This document shows, piece after piece, positions 56,310 through 64,000 of a stretch of 64,000 nt of DNA. The notes under the pieces are model-generated. The model saw nothing but the letters and a program-made list of their open reading frames with translations. It did not search any database and was not told the origin of the DNA. Origin of the DNA: Capsulimonadaceae bacterium (lineage in GTDB: Bacteria; Armatimonadota; Armatimonadia; Armatimonadales; Capsulimonadaceae); NCBI GenBank assembly GCA_965215505.1, contig OZ244065.1, positions 5,312,001 to 5,376,000 on the forward strand, read 5' to 3'. Numbering within the stretch: the first letter of the stretch is position 1; each line of letters begins with the position of its first letter. Position numbers and translations under genes: made by a program.

Positions 56310-57452
56310 ATGGCCGAACCCGTCACCGTCAATGAACCCCGCCTCATCCAGACCTTCCTGGACATGGTCCGCCAGAACACGCCGCCCCGCCACGAGAGGG
56401 CCGCCAGCGAGATCGGGTGCAAGATACTGACCGATCTGGGCTTCGAGTGCGACTACGACGACGCGGGCGAGAAGGTCGGCGGCGACATCGGCAACCTGAT
56501 CGCCTTCAAGAAGGGCACCCTCCCGGACGCCCCGCCGATCTTCTTCTCGGCCCACTTCGACACCGTAGAGCCGACGCCCGGCCTGGAACCCGTCTTCGAT
56601 GGCGACATCATACGGTCCAATGGGGATACGGTTCTCGGCGCGGACGACATCTCCGGCATGGCCCCCATTCTGGAGGCCATGCGGATCTTGGACGAGCAGA
56701 GCATCCCGCACGGCGACATCCAGCTTCTTCTCACCATCTGCGAGGAGATCGGGCTGGTCGGGGCCAAGCACATGGACCCGAGCCGCATCAAAGCGAAGTT
56801 CGGCTATGTCCTCGACGCTGGCCCACCGGTCGGCTCGCTCGTCTACAGCGCCCCGACGCAGGACATCTTCGAGGTCTGGATACACGGCAAGCCCGCCCAC
56901 GCGGGCGCGCAGCCCGAGGACGGCGTCTCGGCCATCCTCGTCGCCGCCCGCGCCATCGCCCGCATGAAGCTGGGCCGCGTGGACCACGAGACGACGGCGA
57001 ATGTCGGCGTCATCACGGGCGGCACGGCCACCAACATCATCCCCGCCGAGTGCTACCTCAAATGCGAGGCCCGTTCGCGCTCCCAGGCCAAACTGGACAA
57101 ACAGCGCGAACACATGCTGGCCTGCTTCCAGGAGGAGGCCGCGGCGGCGGGCATCACCGTCGAGGTCAAAAGTGACACCGCCTATGTGAGCTACGAGCTG
57201 GGCATGGACGCTCCCGTGCTGACCGTCGGTATGGAGGCCGCCGAGCGCATCGGCCTGGAGCCGCTGCTGCGCGTGACCGGCGGCGGGGCGGACGCCAACA
57301 TCTTCAACGCCAACGGCTTCCCGACGACGGTGCTGGGCTGCGGGATGCAGAACATCCACCGCCACGACGAGTTCGTCCACGTCTCGGACATGGTCAAGAG
57401 TACGCAGCTCGTCGTCTCCATCGTCCAGACGGCGGCGGAATACCGTTCGTAA
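56310..57452 (+). CDS. M20 family metallopeptidase (peptidase T-like)
   Basis: AHFDTV, LGADD, EEIGLVGA, HAG, GGADAN, IH..DE. Confidence 0.9.
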   Translation: MAEPVTVNEPRLIQTFLDMVRQNTPPRHERAASEIGCKILTDLGFECDYDDAGEKVGGDIGNLIAFKKGTLPDAPPIFFSAHFDTVEPTPGLEPVFDGDIIRSNGDTVLGADDISGMAPILEAMRILDEQSIPHGDIQLLLTICEEIGLVGAKHMDPSRIKAKFGYVLDAGPPVGSLVYSAPTQDIFEVWIHGKPAHAGAQPEDGVSAILVAARAIARMKLGRVDHETTANVGVITGGTATNIIPAECYLKCEARSRSQAKLDKQREHMLACFQEEAAAAGITVEVKSDTAYVSYELGMDAPVLTVGMEAAERIGLEPLLRVTGGGADANIFNANGFPTTVLGCGMQNIHRHDEFVHVSDMVKSTQLVVSIVQTAAEYRS

Positions 57453-57467
57453 AGGCGCGGTGGCGAA

Positions 57468-57770
57468 GTGGATGAGCTGAAAAAGATCGGCGAGAACAAG
57501 TGGTGGGATGCGCCCAACAGGACGCTCTATGTTCGGCAGAGTGCCAGTATCGCAGACCTGGCAGGCCACATCACCCAGTACCGCCAGGAGTTGTCCCGTG
57601 AGCCTAATGACTTGGGCTTGCGCTACATGTTGGCGGGCTGCTTGTCCGGCGATGGGCAAGTAGGGCAGGCGCGTTCCGAGTGGGAACAGGTCGCGGCCTC
57701 CGAAGACGCGGATTGGGCGGCGCTCGCTCAAGAGGCGCTTGAGCGTATGGGCTTGGGGGACAACCAGTGA
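57468..57770 (+). CDS. Small TPR-like protein
   Basis: PNDLGLRYMLAGCL..GQ..QARSEWEQV; overlaps next start. Confidence 0.55.
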   Translation: MDELKKIGENKWWDAPNRTLYVRQSASIADLAGHITQYRQELSREPNDLGLRYMLAGCLSGDGQVGQARSEWEQVAASEDADWAALAQEALERMGLGDNQ

Positions 57771-58792
57771 TCACGCAGGCGGCGGGCAAGGTCCAGGCCG
57801 TGACGGACTGGGACGGGGACGCGCAGGAACTCCTCGTGCGACTCGAACTGGAGACACGCCGGGCCGTCAACTACCCCGCGCTGACCGGCCCCGCTTCCAC
57901 AGGCGATGAGGTCCTGCTGAATACGACCGCCCAGACCTTGAAGCTCGGCACAGGCGGCTATGATTTTGTCATCGCCAACCTGTCCCGCGCCCTGCCGAAG
58001 CCGACGGGCGACCAGGCCGGACACATCATCAAGGGCCGCTATCTGCCCTGCCAGCAGGCCGTCCTGACACTGGAAGAGCAGGAGAAGTACGAAGACATCT
58101 GGGAGCGTGACCTGGAAGGCTTTCCCGTCCTGGTGGGGCAGCTCCACTCGCAGGTCGGACCCGCCGCGGCGGGGCTGCACCTCTCCGGCAAGCGCCGCGT
58201 CGCCTACATCATGACCGATGCCGGGGCTTTGCCGCTGGCCTTCAGCGGCCTGGTCCGCGACCTCAAAGGGGCCGGCCTGCTCTACGCGACGCTCACCTGC
58301 GGTCAGGCCTTCGGCGGTGACCGCGAGACCGTCACCCTGCACTCGGCCCTGCTGGGCGCGAAGCACATCCTGGACTGCGACGCCGCCATCGTCTGCCAGG
58401 GGCCGGGCAATGCCGGCACGGGGACGAAGTACGGCTTCGGCGGCATCGAGCAGGCGCAGAACCTGGACATCGTGCGCGCCCTCGGCGGGGTTTCCGTCGC
58501 CATCGTCCGCATGTCCTCGGCGGACAAGCGCGAGCGGCACCAGGGCATCAGCCACCACACGCGGACGACGCTCGACATGGCTTATTCGCGGTGCATCGTC
58601 CCGCTCCCCGTCGGCGCGGACGAGACGACCCTGCCGCCTGGCCACAGCGTCCTGTTCATCGAGGGCGCGCAGGCCGCTCTCGACCTGCTGGCCGAGCGCG
58701 GCGTCGCCGTCACCAGCATGGGCCGGACGCCCGCCGAGGACCCCCTCTTCTTCCTGGCCGCCGCCGCCGCCGGGCTTGTCGAGACCGACTAG
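57767..58792 (+). CDS. DUF3866 family protein
   Basis: LNTTA..L.LGTGG, GHIIK.RY, LHSQ, YIMTD, GQAFGGD.E, QGPG..GTGT, RHQGISHHT. Confidence 0.85.
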   Translation: MITQAAGKVQAVTDWDGDAQELLVRLELETRRAVNYPALTGPASTGDEVLLNTTAQTLKLGTGGYDFVIANLSRALPKPTGDQAGHIIKGRYLPCQQAVLTLEEQEKYEDIWERDLEGFPVLVGQLHSQVGPAAAGLHLSGKRRVAYIMTDAGALPLAFSGLVRDLKGAGLLYATLTCGQAFGGDRETVTLHSALLGAKHILDCDAAIVCQGPGNAGTGTKYGFGGIEQAQNLDIVRALGGVSVAIVRMSSADKRERHQGISHHTRTTLDMAYSRCIVPLPVGADETTLPPGHSVLFIEGAQAALDLLAERGVAVTSMGRTPAEDPLFFLAAAAAGLVETD

Positions 58793-58822
58793 GATTTTGC
58801 TAGGATTTAGAAGCTTAACACC

Positions 58823-59371
58823 ATGCCCAACATCGAAGAGACCGTCACCAGCAGCCAGCGCCTCTATGACGGGCGCATCATCAACCTCCGCCTGGACACC
58901 GTCGTACTGCCCAACGGCAAAACCAGCAAGCGCGAGATCGTCGAGCACCGGGGCGCGGTCGCGATGGTCCCGATGCTCGACCGCGACACCGTCATCCTCG
59001 TGCGCCAGTACCGGGGGGCTGCCGCCTCCCTGATGCTGGAGATCCCCGCCGGGACGCGCGACCCGGACGAGGACGTCGAGGAGTGCGCCCGGCGCGAGCT
59101 GGCCGAGGAGATCAACTACCAGCCTGGCCGCATGGTCAAGCTGTTCCGCTCCTACCAGTCCCCCGGCTACTGCACCGAAGTCATCCATACCTTCCTTGCT
59201 CTGGACCTGACCCCCGCCGAGGGCCACACCGACGAGGACGAATTTCTGGAGATCGTTCCCACGCCCTTCGCCGAGGCGCTTGAGAAGATCAAGACCGGGG
59301 AGATCGTGGACGCGAAGACCATCAGCGGCCTGCTGTTCGCCGCCCGCCTGCTGCCGGATTTGGAGTTCTAG
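58823..59371 (+). CDS. nudF: NUDIX hydrolase (ADP-ribose pyrophosphatase NudF-like)
   Basis: REIVEH.GAV, EIPAG...ARRELAEE, SPG, DAKT. Confidence 0.85.
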   Translation: MPNIEETVTSSQRLYDGRIINLRLDTVVLPNGKTSKREIVEHRGAVAMVPMLDRDTVILVRQYRGAAASLMLEIPAGTRDPDEDVEECARRELAEEINYQPGRMVKLFRSYQSPGYCTEVIHTFLALDLTPAEGHTDEDEFLEIVPTPFAEALEKIKTGEIVDAKTISGLLFAARLLPDLEF

Positions 59372-59383
59372 GAGACACCGACC

Positions 59384-60223
59384 ATGAAACTCGGACTGAG
59401 CATGTGGAGCTATGCCGCCGCCCACCGGCGGGGGCGGCTGGACATCCCCGGATTCATCCAGGAGTCCAAACGGCTGGGCGTTGAAGGCGTCGAGCTGCTG
59501 GACTTCTTCTGGAAAGACATCCCTTCCGAGATGCCCAGTGTCTTGGCCGCCCTGCAAGACACCGGCCTGGCCGTCGGCGTCTACTCCGTCGCCAACGACT
59601 TCATCACCCCCCACGAGAGCGAGCGCGCGGCCCAGGTCCACAAGATCCGCGACGGCGTGGACATGGCCGTCCGCTTCGGAGCTAAAACGGTGCGCGTCTT
59701 CGGCGGCGACGTGTCGCCCGAGTTCACCTACGACCAGTGCCTGCGCTGGATCATCGAGGGCCTGACCGACGCCGCGCGCTATGCCTATGACAACGGCGTC
59801 ACATTGGCATTGGAAAACCACGGTCGGCTTGTCGGCCGCAGCGACCAGGTGGAGGTCGTCCTGAATGCCGTCGCCAGTCCCGCCCTGAAGGCGAACCCGG
59901 ATACGGGGAACTTCCTGCTGGTCCACCAGCCCTCCCACGTCGCCGTCGCCGCGCTGGCTGCGCGGGCGGCCATGTGCCACTTCAAGGACTTCAAAGTCGT
60001 CCCCGACGACTACCAGGGCTTCGCCTATATGGGCATTGAGGGCCTGAAGTTCGCCGGCACCGCCATCGGCGAGGGCGAGGTGGACCTGGCCGACTGCGTG
60101 ACCGCACTCCGCCAGGCCGGGTTCGACGGCTGGCTGAACATCGAGTACGAGGGCGAGGAAGACCCATTCTCCGCCGTCTCGCGCTCGGTGGAGTACACGC
60201 GGCATCTGATCCAGACGGCATGA
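59384..60223 (+). CDS. Sugar phosphate isomerase/epimerase (AP endonuclease 2 TIM barrel)
   Basis: ALENHG, DTGNF, HFKD, IEYEG. Confidence 0.88.
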   Translation: MKLGLSMWSYAAAHRRGRLDIPGFIQESKRLGVEGVELLDFFWKDIPSEMPSVLAALQDTGLAVGVYSVANDFITPHESERAAQVHKIRDGVDMAVRFGAKTVRVFGGDVSPEFTYDQCLRWIIEGLTDAARYAYDNGVTLALENHGRLVGRSDQVEVVLNAVASPALKANPDTGNFLLVHQPSHVAVAALAARAAMCHFKDFKVVPDDYQGFAYMGIEGLKFAGTAIGEGEVDLADCVTALRQAGFDGWLNIEYEGEEDPFSAVSRSVEYTRHLIQTA

Positions 60224-60242
60224 GGGCGGGCAGGGGAGTCCA

Positions 60243-60899
60243 ATGAAGCTCGACAAGCACAGCAAACTCGTGATGATCGGCGACTCGATCACCGACGCGG
60301 GCCGGGCGCAGCCCGCCGGGGAGGGCCTGTTCGATGCCCTGGGCCGGGGCTACGTCAGCCTCGTGGATGCCCTGCTCGGCGCGGCCTACCCTGACTCCGG
60401 CATCCGCGTCGTCAACATGGGGACCGGCGGCAACACCGTCCGCGACCTTGAGGCGCGCTGGCAGACCGACGTGCTGGACAAGCGGCCCGACTGGCTCTCG
60501 GTCATGATCGGTGCCAACGACATCTGGCGGCAGTTCGACTCGCCGCGCCAGCCCGAGGGCCACGTCCTGCCTGATGAGTACGAGCGGACCCTGGATGGCC
60601 TGATCGCCCTGACGCTGCCACTGGTCAAGAACATCGTGCTGATGACCCCCTTCTACATCGAGCCGAACCGCGCCGACCTCATGCGCGCCCGCACGGACGA
60701 GTACGGGGCGATCGTCCGCCACCTGTCCGAGAAGCATGGGACTCTGTTCGTGGACACGCAGGCCGCCTTCGACGTCGTGCTGACTACCTATTACCCGGCG
60801 ACGCTGGCCTGGGACCGCGTCCACCCGAACCAGACGGGCCACATGGTTCTCGCCCGCGCGTTCCTGGCAGCCGTTGACTTCAACTGGCAGGCCGGTTGA
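60243..60899 (+). CDS. SGNH/GDSL hydrolase
   Basis: GDSITD, GTGGN, IGAND, DRVHP. Confidence 0.9.
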   Translation: MKLDKHSKLVMIGDSITDAGRAQPAGEGLFDALGRGYVSLVDALLGAAYPDSGIRVVNMGTGGNTVRDLEARWQTDVLDKRPDWLSVMIGANDIWRQFDSPRQPEGHVLPDEYERTLDGLIALTLPLVKNIVLMTPFYIEPNRADLMRARTDEYGAIVRHLSEKHGTLFVDTQAAFDVVLTTYYPATLAWDRVHPNQTGHMVLARAFLAAVDFNWQAG

Positions 60900-60960
60900 A
60901 ATCGCCTCGCGAGTGGGTAGACCTCCTTCAGCACCATCCCTGTTAGGAAACACCCGCACG

Positions 60961-62352
60961 ATGCCTACTCTACCCCTGCTGGACCGGGCGCGCACCGTCG
61001 CCCCGCCCGGTTACAACCGCTGGCTGGTCCCACCCGCCGCCCTCGCCATCCATCTGTCCGTGGGCCAGGCCTATGCGTTCAGCGTCTTCAACAACCCCTT
61101 GGGCCAGCTCCTGGGCAGTACGAAAGCTCATCAGGTGGCGGGGGAATGGGACAAGGTCCAGGTCACACACATCTTCAGCCTCGCCATCGTCTTCCTCGGC
61201 CTGAGCGCCGCCGTGTTCGGTCGGTGGCTCGAGGGGGCCGGGCCGCGAAAAGCGATGCTGGCCTCCGCCCTGTGCTTCAGCAGCGGCTTCTTCGTCGCCG
61301 CGCTGGGCGTCGGACTGCATATCCTCCCCCTGGTCTACCTCGGCTACGGCGTCCTTGGAGGCATCGGGCTGGGCTTGGGCTACATCTCGCCGGTTTCGAC
61401 GCTCATTAAGTGGTTCCCCGACCGCCCTGGGCTGGCAACAGGCCTCGCCATCATGGGCTTCGGCGGGGGCGCGATGATCGGCTCACCGCTGGCCGTCAAC
61501 CTCATGAAGCACTTCGCTTCGCCGGGCGATCCGGGCGTCGTCCAGACCTTTTTCGTCATGGGCGCGCTCTACTTCGTCTTCATGATGTTCGGTGTTTTCA
61601 CCGTCCGCGTCCCCGCCGAAGGCTGGAAGCCGGCCGGCTACGTTCCCAGCGTGAAGACCGTCACTACACGCGGCTTCACCGCCGGTGAGGCGATCAAGAC
61701 GCCCCAGTTCTACCTGCTCTGGGGCGTCCTGTTCTTCAACGTCACCGCCGGCATCGGCATGCTGTCGGTGGCCTCACCGATGATCCAGGACCTTTTTCCG
61801 GGCCATGTGACCAAGGAAGCGGCTGCGGGCTTCGTCGGCCTGCTCAGTCTGTTCAACCTCGCCGGCCGGCTGGGGTGGTCGTCGCTGTCGGACAAGAGCG
61901 GGCGCAAGCCGGCCTACCTGATCTACTTGGTCCTGGGCAGCCTGCTCTACATGTTCGTCCCCATCGCCGCCCACCTGGGCAGCATCGGGCTGTTCGTCGG
62001 CAGCGCGGCCCTGATCCTGAGCATGTACGGCGGCGGCTTCGCCACCATCCCGGCCTACCTGCGCGACCTGTTCGGAACGCTGGAGGTTGGTGCGATTCAT
62101 GGCCGGCTCCTGACCGCCTGGTCGGCGGCGGGCATCGCCGGGCCGTTCCTGTTCGCCAGCCTGGGCGAGTACGCCCTCGCCCACCATCTGCCCGCCGACC
62201 AGTCCTACACGCAGGCCCTGCACGTCATGGCCGGCCTGCTGGTTTTGGGTCTGATCTGTAACCTGCTCGTCAGGCCGATTAAGCCGGACACCGACGCTGG
62301 CATGAGCGACGCCGACGCCTCCACCCGGCAGGCCGCGCGGGCGACAGTTTAG
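60961..62352 (+). CDS. OFA-family MFS transporter (oxalate/formate/lactate-like)
   Basis: NRWLVPPAALAIHLS.GQAYAFSVF, KWFPDRPG.ATG.AIMGFGGG, IHGRLLTAWS. Confidence 0.9.
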   Translation: MPTLPLLDRARTVAPPGYNRWLVPPAALAIHLSVGQAYAFSVFNNPLGQLLGSTKAHQVAGEWDKVQVTHIFSLAIVFLGLSAAVFGRWLEGAGPRKAMLASALCFSSGFFVAALGVGLHILPLVYLGYGVLGGIGLGLGYISPVSTLIKWFPDRPGLATGLAIMGFGGGAMIGSPLAVNLMKHFASPGDPGVVQTFFVMGALYFVFMMFGVFTVRVPAEGWKPAGYVPSVKTVTTRGFTAGEAIKTPQFYLLWGVLFFNVTAGIGMLSVASPMIQDLFPGHVTKEAAAGFVGLLSLFNLAGRLGWSSLSDKSGRKPAYLIYLVLGSLLYMFVPIAAHLGSIGLFVGSAALILSMYGGGFATIPAYLRDLFGTLEVGAIHGRLLTAWSAAGIAGPFLFASLGEYALAHHLPADQSYTQALHVMAGLLVLGLICNLLVRPIKPDTDAGMSDADASTRQAARATV

Positions 62353-62364
62353 AAAGAGATAATC

Positions 62365-62517
62365 ATGGCCGAAACCTACACCAACACGCCCACGGACACA
62401 TCTTCGCAGGCGGCCTCGTCGCCGGTTCTGCTGATCGTTTCCTGGCTCGTAGTCGGACTCCCCCTCGCCTGGGGTATCATAGAGACGCTGAAGAAGTCGC
62501 TGGCGCTGTTCCACTAG
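62365..62517 (+). CDS. Small single-TM MFS-associated subunit (50 aa; not in ORF track)
   Basis: ...LLIVSWLVVGLPLAWGIIETLKKSLALFH; typical W..VG.PL.WG motif directly after the OFA gene. Confidence 0.75.
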   Translation: MAETYTNTPTDTSSQAASSPVLLIVSWLVVGLPLAWGIIETLKKSLALFH

Positions 62518-62570
62518 GGAAGCGGCGTCGCGAGGGAAGACGCACATAAAGCGCAGAAGCCGGGTGTTGC

Positions 62571-62598
62571 GGGCTGCCTCTGGAGCAGCCCTTCTCTT
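62571..62598 (+). terminator. Intrinsic terminator
   Basis: GGGCTGC-loop-GCAGCCC followed by TTCTCTT. Confidence 0.5.
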
Positions 62599-62660
62599 CG
62601 GATGCGTCCCAATCACAGTCTCCTGCAACGTGACTCAGCCCACCGCTTCTGGAATACGTC

Positions 62661-63242
62661 ATGGTCAACAAGAGGACTGAGAAACTCGCGGAGGTAGTCG
62701 GCACTCAAAGCCTGGTACAATTTGACCGGACCCCCGTAGATCGGTACAGGATAACCGGCTATGTGGTAGGTCTCAGTGAGCGGTTGGTCCTAATCCATCT
62801 GGTTCAAGATCAGGTCATGAACCTGAACGGCTACGTCGGTATCCGCCGCTCGGACATCAAGCGTTATAAGGTTTTCAGTAGCGATGGAGATTTCATGCCT
62901 CGCGTCCTGCCCCTGTTACGGATTGAACCTATCCCAAGACCTGACCTCGACACCACCGGCATCTTTTCACTCTTGTCTTCAGTAAGAGAAGTCTTTCCTG
63001 TACTCGGCATTGAGACCGAGGTGACTGAACCCGATGCTGTTTTCATCGGGACTGTAGAAAATCTTTCGTCTAGGGCCGTCGTTCTGCGGCAGATCGACAC
63101 CGCTGGGTGCTGGATGGAGCCGACCGAGTTTCGGCTAAAAGATATTACAAAGGTCATCCTGGGTGATGGTTACCAAGAGGCTTTAGCATTGTTGACGCGC
63201 CATGAGGCCAAAGACAAGGAACGGCAAGCCGACGCGGCATGA
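62661..63242 (+). CDS. Hypothetical protein (two Sm/SH3-like beta repeats)
   Basis: Open 193-aa frame, AT-richer than flanks. Confidence 0.6.
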   Translation: MVNKRTEKLAEVVGTQSLVQFDRTPVDRYRITGYVVGLSERLVLIHLVQDQVMNLNGYVGIRRSDIKRYKVFSSDGDFMPRVLPLLRIEPIPRPDLDTTGIFSLLSSVREVFPVLGIETEVTEPDAVFIGTVENLSSRAVVLRQIDTAGCWMEPTEFRLKDITKVILGDGYQEALALLTRHEAKDKERQADAA

Positions 63243-63260
63243 ACATTAAGAGGGGACATC

Positions 63261-64000
63261 ATGGCACAACATACCATCGTCGTTATGGAAGGCGACCAAA
63301 CGGGGCAAGAACTTTTAGTCGAGGCCCTGCGCGTCTTGAGTCCTGCGGTCACCAAAGTGGATGTAGAATTCGCCCACTATGATCTGTCTTTGGAGAACCG
63401 GCGCGCGACCCAAAACCAGGTCGTCCATGACGCCGCCCAGGCGATGAAGAAGCACGGGCTTGGCATCAAGGCCGCCACCATCACGCCCGAGATCAAGGGC
63501 GACGTCGGCTCGCCCAACGCCATCCTGCGGTCCGAGATAGACGGCACCGTCATCGTCCGCACCGGGCGGCGGCTGCCGGGCGTCCTGCCCGTCGGCGGCG
63601 TCTCCGCCCCCATGTCCGTCGTCCGCATGGCCGTCGGCGATGCCTACGGGGCGAAGGAGTGGCGTGAGGGGGAAGGGTACGACGAGGTCTCCCACCGGAC
63701 TGAGACTCTGAACCGAGGCATCTGCCGCATGGTCGCTGAGTTCGCCTTCCGCCACGCCCGCAAGATGGGCGCGAAGGTCTTCGGCGGACCCAAGTACACG
63801 GTTTCGCCCATCTATGAGGGCATGTTCAAGGAGGAGATGGACGCCGCCTCCAAGAAGTATTCGGACGTCCGCTACGAGCCGCAGCTCATTGACGCCACTT
63901 ACGCCCTCCTGCTGGCGCGCGCCTCGGAGCCGCTGGTCATCCCCGCCCTGAACCGCGATGGCGACTGCCTGAGTGACCTGGTTCTAGCCTTCTATGGCTC
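63261..64000 (+). CDS. Isocitrate/isopropylmalate dehydrogenase family protein (partial, runs off window)
   Basis: Manual translation: MAQHTIVVMEGDQTGQEL...KAATITP..SPNAILR...GPKYTVSP...LIDATYA...ALNRDGD.LSD. Confidence 0.88.
   Translation, partial: MAQHTIVVMEGDQTGQELLVEALRVLSPAVTKVDVEFAHYDLSLENRRATQNQVVHDAAQAMKKHGLGIKAATITPEIKGDVGSPNAILRSEIDGTVIVRTGRRLPGVLPVGGVSAPMSVVRMAVGDAYGAKEWREGEGYDEVSHRTETLNRGICRMVAEFAFRHARKMGAKVFGGPKYTVSPIYEGMFKEEMDAASKKYSDVRYEPQLIDATYALLLARASEPLVIPALNRDGDCLSDLVLAFYG

Noticed and set aside
58823-59371. NUDIX hydrolase as eraser for the ART at 45112
   Set aside because: It is about 13 kb away and sits in a peptidase-DUF3866-NudF arrangement that looks like ordinary housekeeping synteny.

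Overview
GC-rich bacterial chromosomal window. The gene content, Firmicutes-like synteny and pervasive near-leaderless TATAAT promoters are reminiscent of Armatimonadota (inference only). The backbone is mostly housekeeping: purF, purL, plsY, Maf, fabI, panD, queD, ccmABCDEF of the System I* type, fliQ-fliR-flhB, a PilB/GspE ATPase, RNase HI, M20 peptidase-DUF3866-NUDIX, CAZymes and transporters. Small accessory inserts are scattered through it. Best leads: (1) an AT-richer cassette of a Swt1-type HEPN RNase plus a UDG-fold-like protein, wedged into the purL transcript (candidate anti-phage system); (2) a Tse2-like ADP-ribosyltransferase plus a TPR partner upstream of fliQ (candidate new toxin-antitoxin or defence pair); (3) an IS200/RAYT-like tyrosine transposase that has lost its HUH motif but sits between GTAG-type REP palindromes; (4) a pseudo-receiver-LOV-RsbT-like kinase next to a PAS/GAF-PP2C phosphatase (candidate light-controlled partner switch); (5) a perfect sigma70 promoter driving a ~105-nt structured orphan RNA; (6) a secreted protein whose probable start is put out of frame by a 14-nt tandem repeat (candidate phase variation), followed by a HEAT-repeat partner. 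Several accessory genes carry single-base indels, short duplications or in-frame TAG codons, and some of these may be sequencing errors. All family assignments come from motif recognition by eye; no database search was run.
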